Shown: piece after piece, positions 37,138-52,016 of the stretch
How positions within the stretch are numbered: position 1 is the first letter of the stretch
How the letters are laid out: each line of letters starts with the position of its first letter
Origin: Epiperipatus broadwayi
Lineage: Eukaryota > Animalia > Onychophora
NCBI GenBank assembly: GCA_028023455.1
Contig: JAQFVV010000009.1
Location: 13,826,001-13,890,000, forward strand
Reading direction: 5' to 3'
DNA length: 64,000 nt
Made by a program: the position numbers and the translations under genes
Notes under the pieces: model-generated
Told to the model about the DNA's origin: nothing
Databases searched by the model: none
The model's input: only the letters and a program-made list of their open reading frames with translations

Positions 37138-38691
37138 AATATATGAATTATGTTTATATTTCATATATTGCTTTACTTAACTGTAAGAATTAATATTGTA
37201 CCAATTTAAAAATTTTTTTTAAGATCATCATCGTAATGTACATATGGTCTGATCTATCATGACAACTGTGCTCTTATTTATCATACAATATAGTTTTTAG
37301 AATATATTGATACTTTACATACATTTAACATACCAAATGCAATGAAGATATGTCCTTATAAATAGAGAGTTAATAACTTCACATCCAGAAATCTGAATAA
37401 CATAATTGTTTTTATGATCTTGGCACCATAATTTCAAAATAATGTAAAACATTCTTAAAGGAAACTTATTCTACATTTTAACATTAAAGTGGGATCAATG
37501 ATATACTTCCACACAATAGATATGCTAAAACAACAATTCCATACAACTAATTTAACTACTGATACCCCCTTTTGATTTGTAAATTGAAACAGCAGCACAT
37601 TGAAGTCTTTGCTGTACCCCAATAGTAAAAAACTTTTAATCAATCGATATATAAATAAATTAAAATAATAATATATGCTTTTTTTTCTCTAAAAAGATAC
37701 CATGATATTTAAATTGATTTATATTTTTGAGTTAATAATTTTGTGTAGTAATATAAAATTGCTTCTTGCACTAGGTAATTTCAAAATAATTATTAAATTC
37801 TTAAATGAGCTGAGGAATGTTTACACAATGAAAATGTTAGAACTTAATTAATAATTATTTTGAAATTTCACTCAAGAAGCAATTCTATTAATGTGCAAAA
37901 TATTTACAGCATCATTATGGAATTTAATGTGTGTTACATTCTTGAGTTAATAATCATCCTAAACAAAAGATGATGAAAATTTGGTTGATATAGCATCTGA
38001 ATTATTTGAACATTAATTACAGAAACAATTTTTTTGTAAGTTTGCATATAAAATATTAAATGAATAGATCATGATTTGCATTGGAAAGAATAGCACAATC
38101 ATCATCATACTGTAAATCTTGAAAATAAGAAGATGAGGTTTTGTGCCAATTTCATGAAGTTTTTTTATATATTGATTTAAGGAACCATTGCTATAGAAAA
38201 TGAAATAACAAAATTAGAATTAATACATATCCTTGGTCATTACTATAAAATTTGTTGATTATCTTAGAAATTAAACCAATAAAAGCAATATATAAATAAT
38301 ATTTTTTACTCAAGATATTTTTTTTTATATATTTATTTAACAACAAAAATTATATCTATATTGCTTTTTGATTTTCTAACACCATTTTGAATTTCTAATA
38401 ACCAATCATTCATGACTGAAAATAGTTATTTAATAAAAAATTTTAAAAATAATGATTTTCTTTATAAACTTTAATAGTATAAACCGCACATTTTAAAAAT
38501 ATTTGAAAATCTTCAGATATCTCCTCAAGATCTGTGGCCTTTATATGTTTCAGATTACAAAGAACTATTTTAACTTTATTATATTGGTTCTTTCTGCACA
38601 TATATAAATGAATTGAGTAAGTTTTATGTATTACTAAAATTATTATATCATTATTCAAAATATAGTTAAAGCATTCTCTTTATCTGCTGAA

Positions 38692-38930
<239 letters not shown>

Positions 38931-38999
38931 TAAAATATCATTATTATCACATAAAAGGCTGACATTCCCCAATTTAATAGAATTCTGGCATTCAGATCC

Positions 39000-39800
39000 A
39001 AATATTATTTTTAATGAATCAAATATAAAGTGGTCATGATTAGAAAATGACTGAATCTAATTTTGCAGCTTTAATTTACAACTTATTCTTATCGTCTTGC
39101 CCTTCTGTCTTTAAATTCCTATCTTTTTATCCTGAAACACATTAATCTATAGTCTGTCCAACAATATGTTATACTGACTTCTTTTACATTATGACTCCTA
39201 GCTATGATGTGGTCTACGAGATACCATTATTTTAAAAATATATACATTGAAATTTCTTTACAATTAATTATTGTACAAAAAAAATATCAATCTCTCACTT
39301 AAGATCACAGGTCCAGCATCATTATTTTCAATACTTTTGGATCATAATTTATTGCTCTTATCATTACAAGCATTATTAAAGTCATCAAATGACAATTATT
39401 TTTTATTGGCATTGATGCATTAATAATATTCAACAAATAAAAAAAATGTTCTTACTTTGAGATGAATCCTTTTAATATTGGAATATAAGCATTCACAAAA
39501 TATATACATGCATCACTGAGACAAATAATTTTCAAAATCATTAGCCTTTTATTAATACATCTAGAAATTCCAAGAAATATGAAGGACTTCACAATAAATT
39601 GAATACCATAAGTCTCTTTTTATTCAATAAAGTATCTTTCCAAAAACCTTGCAGTTATCTATGATTTGCTTAGATTTTCAATGTTTGCAAGATGAATTTC
39701 ATTAAAAGAAGCTATATTAATTTAAACTTTTAAAGACTCATTAACTACAGATGTTTCACCTATGTCCATGTCTTGATGAATTCATTTAAGCAAAGTTCAC
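39000..39800 (-). mobile_element. Highly decayed LINE remnant
   Basis: FLGI-like RT thumb motif near 39560 and coding-like composition; clade not assignable. Confidence 0.3.
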
Positions 39801-39902
39801 ACATTTTATTTGCCCATATTTTTTAAAAAAAAATGGAATTACACATTTCATAATGAAATATTTTTTTCCTAAATTCATTTTTAAAATTGCATATTTTGTG
39901 TA

Positions 39903-39944
39903 ATCTAGTGTATATATATATATATATATATATATACACTAGAT
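39903..39944. repeat. Perfect 42-bp palindrome atctagtg(TA)13cactagat
   Basis: Direct inspection; followed by a second (TA)n run at about 39957-39988. Confidence 0.95.
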
Positions 39945-39952
39945 ATACACAA

Positions 39953-39995
<43 letters not shown>

Positions 39996-40332
39996 GATAG
40001 ACTTGCTATAAACATAATTAAAGAATGTAAATATGATTGTACAAGAATCAAGTTTTATTGTTACAATTAAACATAAAGATTACCAATAGCATGAGAAGTT
40101 CATGATAATCAAATGCTGCACTAACCTAAGTGACTAAAACTAGTAAAGGAAAAAAAAGAAATTGAAAATATAGTGGGGAAAGCATGTTAAAGAGAAATTG
40201 CAATTACATATAGAATTTGCAAGAGTGTCCAGGTTTGTTGAATGACATTATATCCTATATATCGCAAATATTAGTTTTACTTGGATATTATTTAATGATT
40301 GTTTAGTTTATTTATATAGTGCTAACTATATA

Positions 40333-40890
40333 TATATAATAAAGAGAAGGGAAATAAAACCTTTGGCCATGTGCTTTTTATGAATTTACATGCACTCACC
40401 CATGAGCTCAGTTTAAAAAATATAAGTGGTCCACTTATGTTTAAAGCTCATTATTATATAAGTCAAATTTTTGTACTAAATCAGTTCTTTAACCTATTGG
40501 GTACCTGAATTATAACTCAACAAAGAATTGTATAAACTGATTCACTCTATAGCAGGAGGGAGATAGAAACTCATTTTTAACCACCTGTGATTAGAAATAA
40601 ATATTAAAATTTGAATTTTACTGTAATAAATAGTTTATTTATATAGCATTGACTACATACATAATAAAGAGAAGAAAAATAAGATTCAGTCATATCTACT
40701 TTGATAAATTTACACGCATTTGCCCTTTATGTTATATAAGACAACCTTTTGCTCACAGTGCTAAATCAGGGCTTTAATCTATTGTGCATCTGAATTATAA
40801 TTGGCATTGTATATATTTATTCATTCTTTAGCTGGAGATAGAATCTCATTTTTAACCACTTGTAATTAAAAATAAATATTAAATTTGGAA
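40333..40890. repeat. Old local tandem duplication (units about 40333-40620 and 40661-40890)
   Basis: Shared ataataaagagaag..., gctaaatcag, ctgaattataa and ctcatttttaaccac blocks. Confidence 0.75.
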
Positions 40891-42219
40891 TTTCTGTCAA
40901 ACAGTATTATATTTTATATTTAACAAAACTCTTTCTTTCATTATCAAGAATGACCTAAATGAAATATTTTTAATTAAATATTACTGACTGAATAAATTAA
41001 TATGATATCTCATTTTTTGTTAACAGCAAGTTATTTTATCAATATAAATTTGTTCTTTATTGTTAATAATAAATACATACAGAGAAAATAGATACAAATA
41101 ACAGATAGTCATCATAATAATATATCCATTTATTAAAATTTAACAATAACATCTCAACATGTTACTGAAAAGTTACTTTATCGATATGAATTTTTTCTTT
41201 ATTGTAAATGCATTCAAGCAAATAAGAGGTAGTTATCATAATGAAATGTCTATTCATTAAAAATTGCTAACAGTACTCATCACTGATGATGTGCTTCCGA
41301 ATATCAACTGCAGGTTATCTAATCAATATAAAAAAAATTTAAAAAATCCAACTCTATGTCTTTATAAGTAGCACACAATTTAATATAATGATAATAAAAT
41401 AAATTTGATGTCAGAAAACTAAATATTTATTCATAGTCACTCATTTATAAATGAGTGAATAGTTTTCATGACTTATTTTTATTTCAAAATTACACTTCTT
41501 ACTTTCACTTTATTAGTAGAAGTTAGTGAACTATCACATATTGAGTTACGTAAAACTCTATTTATTGATTTATAAAATATATTTATCTACTTGTAAATAA
41601 ATATATTATTTATTTATTCATTCATTTATAAATAAATGTAGCATCTTAATAATGCAAAAAACTTATCAAATATTTGAAGTTCAAGTTGAGGTAGTAGAAA
41701 ATATTGCATAAAGAGCTTGACAAATTATCATTAACATTAACTGAGTGTTATCTACTAATTGGTAATTATACATTGCTGTTTAATTACTTAAAAAATCTTT
41801 GAACAATGAATATATATATATATTTGTATTTATTTGTGTACATTAGTTGCATATCTTTATTCTAAAATAAAGTTTCATTGCATTTAGATTAATAAACAAT
41901 TGCGTAATCAGGTTTGAATATTTTTAAATCATTCATCTCAGAATAAATAAATTATTTCATTTATTTATAAATATTAATTATTTTCTTATAAATAAATGGT
42001 AGGGGTTTTTATTTATGAATTTGAATAATGAATATATATAATAAATATAGTTTTAGTTATAATAACATGCCTAATTTTTTTCAGCATCCAAAAAAGGTTT
42101 AATGAAATATTTCTTGGGCATCAATACATAAACATATTAAATAGACCAATATCTTAAAATTACAAATTTTTAATCATTTATTATTTATATAATTAATTTC
42201 AGCTTGTAATATAAGTTTT

Positions 42220-42320
42220 TTTTCTCATGTGTCATAGCATCAGCTGGGAGCGAACCCGCTAACCCAGGACAACTGCTTGTAAAGTAGCCATTGCTGATCT
42301 CTCGACCACAGTGCTTGACA
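42220..42320 (-). mobile_element. tRNA-Gly-derived SINE
   Basis: 16-bp TSD ttgt(a/g)atataagtttt (42204-42219, 42321-42336). Confidence 0.92.
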
Positions 42321-43996
42321 TTGTGATATAAGTTTTGTTCTACTGTGATCACAGAATAAGTAGAGGCATCAAGCAACTGATTCATCAATTTATCTTCTAT
42401 TTGTAGTTTAAATGCACTATTTTATAGCTATATAATATCAATATTTTTTAGCTGAACATTTTTAAACATTTGCAATTTCCTCACTAAATTAAAATGTTTT
42501 CAAAAAAAATAAGACTTATTTTTTTTAAAAAATGGTTTATTACTTATTAGTTATGATTCATGGATTTTGAACTCTGGATTCCATCATTCTATCACTGCAC
42601 TAAGCCACACAAGTCAAAATATTATACGTATATATAAAATTGTTACCAGCAAAATATAAATAACATTTACAATTGTAAACGCATTTGCTAATTGTTGTAC
42701 TTTATAAATATAGTTTATTAAGCAAATCGTAATTAATAAATTGCAATATTTAACCATTGATGCGTTTGTAAAAATTTTAAATGTGAGCGCGCGTGTAAAA
42801 AAAATAGTAATAAAAATGAATACCTTTCTATTATGTTCTTATTAATTATTCGCTTAATGCTCCAGTTTGGTTAAAGATTTATGCAAAGAAAGATTTTAGT
42901 TAAGCTAAAGAATAGATTTAGATTCTCCACAAAAGAAATAATTATAAAGCTTTAATAAACCATTAATTTTGCTTTGACATTTTGATTTTGCCATTAATTT
43001 TACCTGAAATTATATGTTTGAACTTACCTTAGAATTGTTCCTTATATGAAAAAGAGTGTTGGAGTGAAAGCCAGTAAGTTTTTTTTTTTAATTGAAATAA
43101 TTGTATTACCACTTTTTAAATTTAGTTATATAATTTCGTAAATAGGGGTAAATTAAAATATCATATTTCTAATCAAATTCAATATTACTAATATCATTAA
43201 TTATGCATTTTCACTTAATCTATGATTTGATTTATCTGATTTTATTTTATAATAAAATGTTGGCAACATTGATTGATTAAAAATGACAAACACACTCACA
43301 TATATTATTATTTTCAATTATTGTAAAATCATAAATTCTTTCAAAATTTAATCTTGTTTATCTGATTTATAGCTTTTCTTAACATTATATCAGCAAATTT
43401 TTATTTCATCCATAACTTTAAATCTCTTTCTTCTGGGAAATTAATTTAGGGTTCCAGTTGTCCATCTAGCAATATGTCTATTATAGTTCCATTTCAACCT
43501 CTAAATTCTTCACTAGTGCCTGTAGTACTGGTTTGATTATCTATGTATTTCACCTTTCTTTCCCTCTTTTTAACAAAATATTTTGTGGTATGTGCACAAT
43601 CATTACACTACTTTTTTATTATTATCAAATAATCACATTTAGTCTCATAAATAAGCATTGGTCAAATACATTTATTAAAACCTTTCTTCTCAAATTCATG
43701 GGAATATTTAATTTTATATTAAATTATTTGGTCAACATTATCAAAATTTAATTAATATCACTAATTATGTTTTCATCTATATTAATAGTTGATCAGCATA
43801 TTCATGATTGTAAACTTCCAATTTATGATTATTAATCTTTCTTTTCTTTTCTTTTTTTTCGAAAAGTCATTAAACATAACTTAAGTTTTTTAATAACTTT
43901 TTTCTTGAATCACTTTTTTTTTGTTTCCATCTGATATCTCTTATAACATTTCCTGTAATTCTGTAAAAATATTTATGAAAATGAACACATACACTA

Positions 43997-44106
43997 GTCA
44001 AGCATTAGTGGTCGAATGGTCAGCACAACCGCCTTTCAACCAGTTTTCCCAGGTTTGCGGGTTCGCTTCCCGGCCGATGCTTTGACACATGGAAAAAGAA
44101 AAAAAA
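43997..44106 (+). mobile_element. tRNA-Gly-derived SINE
   Basis: Intact gggttcgcttcccggcc B-box region, A-tail, imperfect TSD aaaatgaacac(atac)acta. Confidence 0.9.
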
Positions 44107-44330
44107 ATGAACACACTATCTGCAAAATTTATTTAAACTTATAAAAAAAATATTATATTTATTTTCACTTTGCCTCCCATTTTAATCCACAAAATACTTT
44201 TTATAAAAATGCTATAAATGCTTTGAAGATATTCTATTATGGATCATAATCTTCTTGATATGTAGTCTAAACAGTGCTGTTGCATTTTAATAAATATTCT
44301 TATGAATTCAGTAATAGTTTCTATCTATAC

Positions 44331-44818
44331 CAGGGGTGTCCAACAAGTTGATCGTGATCCACCGGTCGATCGCAAAGCCATTTTTGATCGATCGCGAAGC
44401 CAATCTGGCAAAAGCTGTCGGGTAACGAGTGAAACAAATTAAGTCAAGATTTTCAAGTTTTTTTGTTTCTGTTCTAATTTTTTTTTCAATTCTAGATAGG
44501 TGAAGTCCACTAAGCCGTATTATTATTGAAAATAATATTTTTAATCATGATTTAATGTAGTTAATTTGAATTAATAAATATTGTTAATAATTACTCAAGT
44601 TGCTTTAATCCCCCCCCCCCCACACACACACATGAGTTTTTTGTCCCATTAAATAATTCTTATTTTTTACTAGGTAGATATATAAAAATAGAATGTATTT
44701 CAGACCTCCTCGACTTAGACTACCCCTATGACAAGTCGATCGCCTATGACAACAAGTCGATCTCAACACATTTTTAAAATAAAAAGTATATCACATGAGC
44801 ACAAAGTTGGCCACCTCA
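44331..44818. mobile_element. hAT (Buster/Charlie-type) MITE, second family
   Basis: Left TIR CAGGGGTGTCCAAC, degenerate right end GTTGGCCACCTC. The target is ATCTATAC (remnant tatac on the right), and the host RTE sequence resumes after it. Rich in GATCG subterminal motifs. Confidence 0.8.
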
Positions 44819-46199
44819 GTATACCATTATGTTCCAAAGTTTTAATCATAATAAAATGCTTAAATTTAAATCCCTTTTTAAAATTATAGATTCAATTTAA
44901 ATATTCAAACTTATTCTTTTCTATAATCTCTTTTAATACTTAGAAGCAATCTTTCTAATATAATCACATTTATATATAGCTTTTTTTTTGGGGGGGGGGG
45001 TAGCTTTAGTTTACTATTATTAGTAAATAATATATAATCATCTTATTGAAGATTTTATATAGGACTTGTAAGTATGTAGTTTCTAATTTTATTTTATTTT
45101 TAAATATCACAACTGCAATTTTTCATTCACCTAGTATATTATTATTTAAATATTTGGTGTTTAGCTCTGACAGTAGTTTATTTACTCACTGGCTTTTGAA
45201 AAGAATATCTGTTATAATTATATATAAGGAGCAAAGCTTCATTCGGGTCGTATGGTAAAACTTATTAATAAAAAAATGTAAATCTGTATTTAAATTTCCT
45301 TATGGAAGACCGTTGTTGTTGCTGTTCCTGTTTTATTACTGTGAGTCCTAGAGATTCCTGGCTGCAACACAATTCTTCTATTTCACTTGTCTCTTAAATT
45401 TTCTTTATTTTCCATGCAATGTGATTCTTTTTTTCAAGTAGTAAAAAAAACGATATTTTTTATTTATATATTATTAAATTTAATGCAGATATCATTTGCT
45501 TGGATAAAAAGCCATAAAAATTTATCAATAATAAAATAATGTTTGAAAACTATCTGGGAATATCTTGATTTTAGAATGACTGAGACAAATAAAATTAAGT
45601 CGTAAATTTAATTATTAATAATCAAACTTAAGTTATATGAGAATTTCTCAAGATACATTCAATAATGAGAAAGCTATTCCCAACAGCAATAAAGCAAATA
45701 CTACTTAGAGTTACTTTTCAGAGAAAATAAAATAGTGGAAATAACAAAATTAATCAGTGTTTAACCTGTCTAAATAAGGGAAATAATGGATATCTCTGAA
45801 ATGTTTGGATTATTAATTGCATCTATTCATTAATTGTTTAATTTATGAAATGAGCTTGAGATAATTTTTTTACCATATAAAAGTAATTGAGCAGATGAAA
45901 TAAAACGAATTCAAGAAAGACTACTTTCTTTTGATATATGCACTTGAATAGAAATGGAAAATGAGAATCCATATTAATGTTATAAACAGAATTAAAGATC
46001 TTTTTTGTTACTTTTTTTTTCTTCTTAAGTTGCTTTCATTCATATTTTACCTAAATAAAAAAATCTGCTAAATTTGATCAAAAAATAATTTTAAAAATGC
46101 TGTTTTTATATTACATAATGAATATTTTTTAAAAAAATATGAAGAGACAATTGATTTAAAAGTGGGCATATATTTTACTATAAAGGCATAAATATCAGA

Positions 46200-48575
46200 A
46201 GCAAAAGTGGATTTATTATAAATAAAAAGTGGACAATTTATTAGTTATTTAAATTAATGGAAAATACCAAATGCTGATAATTTAAGCTAATTCCCCAACA
46301 AGTTCTCATTGTGATGAAAAAGTAGACGATTTTTACATGGATGTACAAAATGCTTTTAATCAGACCAAACAATAATTTTAAATTGGCATGTGAGACTTTA
46401 ATGTTAGAATTGATATGGTGAAAGTACTGTGAGTAAATTTGATTATGATAATAAAAATGAGAGTGGCCACAGACTTGTAAATTTTGCAAAAAAAAAAAAA
46501 AGAAAAATTTTATATTCTGAATTCTTTCTTTGAAAAAAATGCTAAACAAAAATGGACTTGAAAATATCTAAATGAAAGTACAGCAAAATTTGATTATATT
46601 TTGTCTAACAGAAAATATGTATTTCAAGATTGTAAGGTTATTAATAAATTCAACACAGAAAGTAAACATCAATTAATGAGATGTAAGATACATGTTAATT
46701 CAAAACTAAAGAGGGATAAAATTTTAAAGAAAGTCAGTATTAACAATTGATATTTCTAATCTTCAGAAACATCCCAATGTATTTAAATTTGAACTTCTAG
46801 ATTGTTTTAAAATATTGACAGATTTTTTTTACTAAAATCAATAAAAAGATGCAGAAAAAAAAAGTTGATACAAAAAAAAAAGCAACAACTTAGTAGTAAA
46901 TTTTCTATAGAGACAAGAGAATATATGAGGGGAAAAGGAATATTAAAACTGTTTAAAATGATTCTTAAAAAGAATCAAATGTTTAGAGTTTTGTAAAATG
47001 ATATGCAAATGACTTAATAATGATATAAAAAAATAGAATTGTGAATTGGCAAGAAAGCTATAAAAAAAAATTAAAATCTCAAAATTGTAAATCAAGTTAC
47101 TGTTGAAAGAAAAGTTATTTCTATAATAGTAATAAATAACAAGAGAGTAAGATATCTCCTACAGTTATTATATCTTTTGAATTGCTTAGCATTTTAAATA
47201 AAGAAATAAGTCATGCAATTAAATCTATGAAGAAAAGTAAATCTCTAGTAAATGTCTAGAATTCTTAATAATATCTTGAAATAAGCAGGTGGAGAGATAG
47301 AAAAAATATTGGTGAAGTTATATATCAAATGTCTGAATGATAAAGATATATAGATATGATTAAAAAATGCAGTACTAATATTAATATTTAAAACTGGTAA
47401 TAAAAAAGATATTAAAAATAATAGACCTATAAATTTTTAATACAATTTTTACCAAGACAATTACAAATTATTTCCAGCAAACTTTAGATTCCAACCAACT
47501 AAAAAAAAATACAAGTTATAAATATTGACAGAAGTTATAGAAAAGTCCAATGCATATGAATAGCTTTGGATTTATATAAAAAAAGACATTTGATTATATA
47601 AGTATTTCAAAAATATAAAATCAGCCTGGTATATATCTTTCTCAATGTTAATCTTCTTATTATCTCCATATAATCTATTCATGATTGCTGCATTTAGAAT
47701 ATGACAATATCCTTGATCAATTATTAATATCAAAATGCAGTAATCATGAATAGATTATATAATGATAGATATGCCAGGCTGATTTTACATCTTTGAAATT
47801 TGTTACAAAATCAAAACATATCTTGTGGATCAAAATGAGAAGCTAAGGGAATAAAAAATAAATGGATATTATTCAAGACATCTAAATTTTTCAGATATGG
47901 TTGCTTTTATGTAAATAATTCTTCAGAGCTTCAAAAAATTCTACAAAAGTTATCATATGAAAGTAAAAAAGTAGGACTAAATAACTGCTAAAAAAACTAA
48001 AATAATATTCAATGGATTTTCTTAAAATCATAATAATGATGATGATTGATAATCAGGAATTAGAAGAAATTAATAACTACAAATACCTTGGTCAGATTAG
48101 TAATACATAGAGAAAGATAATGGATAAAAGTAATCATAAAATTAAACTGGGATAGAATGTTAATATTAAAAAATATATATGTATATTTGAAAAGAAAGGT
48201 TTTTAATGGATATGTTTTACCAGTTCTATGGGACTTGGACACTTATAGAGACTTCAAACCATTCAACAAAATATGGAGGGATGTGTATTAGGAATAACAA
48301 GAAGAGATTAAAAACCAAATATATGGTTAAGAGAACAAACAGGAATTACTGACATCAATGAAACAATTAAGAGACTGAAATAGAGCTGAGCTGATCATAT
48401 TGCTAGAAGAGATAATAATGATGGGTAGATGAAATTTTAAATTGGATCCCAAGAGGAAACCACATATAAGATGAATGGATGTGAAGAATAAAGGTTAAAG
48501 ATAAGAACAGCTAGATTAAACTTTGGACTTTTATTCTGCAATTGATCAATTATGATTGAAAATAATGATGATGAC
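46200..48575 (+). mobile_element. Near full-length decayed RTE LINE (same family as 17.3 kb)
   Basis: GDFNV and FDYIL-type APE motifs, RPI, VLPVL and HIARR motifs, and a (TGA)-like tail at about 48560-48575. Confidence 0.88.
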
Positions 48576-48666
48576 TTTTTATTATAGTAATGATATCATT
48601 TCCATTACTAAAAAATTTACAATTGTTATTTTCAAGTTTAGTAGCTTTTGAACATTGCTTTGTTTT

Positions 48667-48960
48667 AAACAATGAATATTGCCAATTGCTCAACAAGCTT
48701 TGTGATGAATGTTTAGTCAGAGAAAGCACTTAAAATATGTCAGAACCCCCCCCCCAAAAAAAAAAAAAAACCTCTGAGGAGTGCCAAAGCACAAAACCAT
48801 GGTCAGAAGTTTGGGGGCAGGGTTCCTGACAGAGATATTTTAAATGCTTTCTCTGGCTAAGCATTTATCACAAAGCTTGTTGAGCAATTGGCAATGCTCA
48901 TTGTTTACATCTTACAAGCTTAAGAGAATGGGGTTATGTGATCTATGACACTATTTTTTT
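48667..48960 (+). mobile_element. Family C hammerhead element: inverted arm plus hammerhead plus main arm with 53-nt tail
   Basis: Inverted arms at about 48666-48748 and 48818-48907. Candidate TSD attgcttt(g/t)tttt (48654-48666, 48961-48973), partly poly-T. Confidence 0.8.
48768..48812 (+). ncRNA. Type I hammerhead, family C (G12A, consistent with CpG decay)
   Basis: aaacct CTGAGGA(48774-48780) gtgc caaa gcac AAAA ccatgg TC^agaagttt: perfect 4-bp stem II, palindromic stem III CCATGG, GUC triplet. Confidence 0.8.
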
Positions 48961-51849
48961 ATTGCTTTTTTTTTTTTTTTACTGTCATGAATTTTTATCA
49001 CATATGAGTTTGTCAAATATGTACAAATCAATTTTAAAACGGTTTTGAAGCTAAAATTTAATATAATGAATTTTTAATACTTACAATAATTTTTGTGCTA
49101 GAATAAGGCTCATAATATTTATAAATATATGGGCAATTTGGGTATACAAATGTGTATATATGTGTGTATGACTAAAAATAACGAAAAAATAATCGTATCA
49201 TAATCTAAACTAAAAAAAAAAACAAAACAAAAACTAGTCTAATAAAATCTTTTTTTTAATAATTACCTCGGGGCTGTTAAATAATTTCGAATATTAAAGT
49301 TGATTCAAAAATTAGTGATAAATGTTTTAGCTTTACATACTTTATATATTTAATTATTTATTTCAATGATGGTAACCTAACTAAAATAATAAACATTAAA
49401 CATATATCATCACGTAACAATGTTGAACTTATTTATGTATTTTAAGAAGTTGTTGTCAAACGCTAATTAACATTTAATTACATGACGTTTATATCATCAC
49501 AAACTAGTTTATTTACAAAGAAAATAACTTGCACTGTTCAAATGTTTCATGTAAGTACTTAATCTTATAGCTTCTAAGTTATCTGATTATTGAAGTAAAG
49601 CACAAAAATTATAATATAACGCTGTTAATTGTTATTAAAAAATAAATTAAGGAACAGAAACGAAAATGTATATACAGTATGTTATAGAGATAGATTGTAA
49701 TGTTGATACCACATTAATTTTAATTTGCATTTTAAAATATATAAATGTTAAAGCTGCTAAATAAATTAAATCATTGTTTTAAAAAATAAAAATTGATACT
49801 TTCGCTTTTAATTTAAGCATTGCTATTTTAAATTTGATACACATATAACTTTGATTTATTGTTGTTGTTGTTTTTAAATATAAAATGTGCTTTAGATTAT
49901 ATATATAAGATTTTCATAATTTCATAATTAATAAATACAAGTGTACTAATCTTAAAATAACATAACCACAGTTTTTTTTAAATCTTCATAAAATGAATGT
50001 CTTGAAAAATACTTACTACTTCGTGCCAACAGAATGGGCTATATATAATTTGTTACTATCTTTTCATTTAAATATTGCTCTGAAAACTAAATGTTCATAT
50101 TTAGGCATGATATAAAATTAACACTTGGGAATATATAATATTATTTCTTTCATTAATATTGCCATCAAATTTATGTATAGATGTTATATGGTGTATCAGA
50201 ACACATATACAAAACATATCTAAGAATATATATATAAAGATATATACATAGGCAGTTTACATATTTTTATATTTATTTTAAAAAAAGAATATATCAACAA
50301 CCTTCTAAAAGAGTTAAAAGAGAGAATGCTGATTAATGATATTCATCTAAGATCATAAACCATAAAAAATGCATCTCCAATGATACTATAGAAGTTGCAC
50401 TTCTGACCACATATATTATATTTCTACTAATATTATTGTTTTGTATTGAATTTAAAAAAATTAAAACTATGTACTAATAAAAATACTTATAGACTGCAGG
50501 CATAGCAGATGTTCTTGTATAGTTTATATATTTTATCTTTTATTATAAAGAATCTGTTATTTCCCAAAAATTATTTACATAAAGAATGATAAACATTAGT
50601 CATTCTCAGCTAATGAGATAATTTTGCATGGTCTAGATATCTGCATTTTTTCAGATAGATTTTTTCCCAGAGAATACTCTATTCCAACTTTAACATATTG
50701 CATAATATGAATGCTTCATTCTCACTTAAATATAAAAGCAAAATAGATATTGTACTCTTTTTTCTTTTAGTTACATGAATCACTACATGCAACTAGATCT
50801 TTAAAGATATAATTAATCACCTTTATATAATTTTTACCATCAATTGTAGCTTTAATATGACTTGAAACTTATTATTCCAAAATCCTTTATGAAGTTGTTT
50901 TTGTTTTATGGTATTTTTTTGGTTCTTGTTATAATCATCATCAATGAATAGTTCTAAATTTTTGATAAAGTCTAAAAAATAATAATTTATGATATTTTCA
51001 GCAGTAAATAAACGTTTTTAAAGTGAATAGAAGAAGGGTATATATATATAACTTTATTATATTGTTTTTACTTTATTTTTAATTCTTTGATAATATTGTT
51101 GACATATAATCAGTCATTAGAAAAAAAGAGCAATCATAAACTACTTCTAAATATTATGGTAAAGAAATCATAATTGGATGTAAAAAAAGAATAATAATAT
51201 TACACTCCTGCAAGATGATTCCATTAGATCAAAAAAATATTCAAAATAGTATTAAAAAGTTATAAAATATTAGCTGATTCCTATGACCTAGATAAATCAA
51301 AAAGAAAAATATCTGAATTTGTAATGAGATTACAATTAAAATGTGAAAGATGGAGAATACAAAAGTTTGATGTGAATTGATAATTGATTGCTTACATTTG
51401 TATTAGGAATTAAGAAAGTAAGAAGATTTTAAATCAGAAAAACTTTTTATCTATTAGGTCACAGACAACAAAAAGAAATTATTTATCTTTCAATGTTAGA
51501 AAGAATATCATAAGAATTATCATTGTGTTAACTCCTATGAATTATTTATTATATAATAATTTAATTTTATGAATATTTACTCAAAATTATAATTTTGTAC
51601 TGAATAATTTAAATAAGTTTTAAAAATAGAAGTTTTATGGTAGATAACAAAATTTGAGAAATACCTCCTGGTAATGATTGGCTGCAAAAACATTGAAAAG
51701 GGAAATAAAGATATGACAAATAAATAAAAATTGTTAAAAAAACATACATTATAACAAAATATAAAATAGATAAAAAAAATATCCAAAACATATGAAAAGC
51801 ATCACATAGAAGATATTTAATAAGATCAGACGTATATAACTTTTAATAA

Positions 51850-52016
51850 ATCATTTTTATATAGCGCGATGCTTATAAACTGTAATATTTAAAACAGCAT
51901 TACGCTGTTGCACATGCGCTTTGAAGATTTTAACTATAAATGGTTGAGTGTCAGTATTCATTCATTTATAGTTAAAATCTTCAAAGCGCATGTGCAACAG
52001 CGTAATGCTGTTTTAA
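51850..52016 (-). mobile_element. Very young inverted-arm insertion of unknown family (PLE-type geometry)
   Basis: Perfect 58-bp inverted repeat (51885-51942 / 51963-52020), 20-nt spacer, 35-nt one-sided tail (51850-51884), perfect 16-bp direct repeat atataacttttaataa (51834-51849, 52017-52032). Confidence 0.8.

Larger units (their letters stand above)
43290..45200 (-). mobile_element. Decayed RTE LINE interrupted by a SINE and a hAT MITE
   Basis: RHIAR..WT..LN-like 3' part at about 43440-43500. RT segments at 44160-44330 and 44821-45190 align with 18080-18300. Confidence 0.75.

Noticed and set aside
43033-45345. Plus-strand exons MKKSVGVKA and a Cys-rich piece
   Set aside because: Too short, and strand and frame are ambiguous; RNA evidence is needed.
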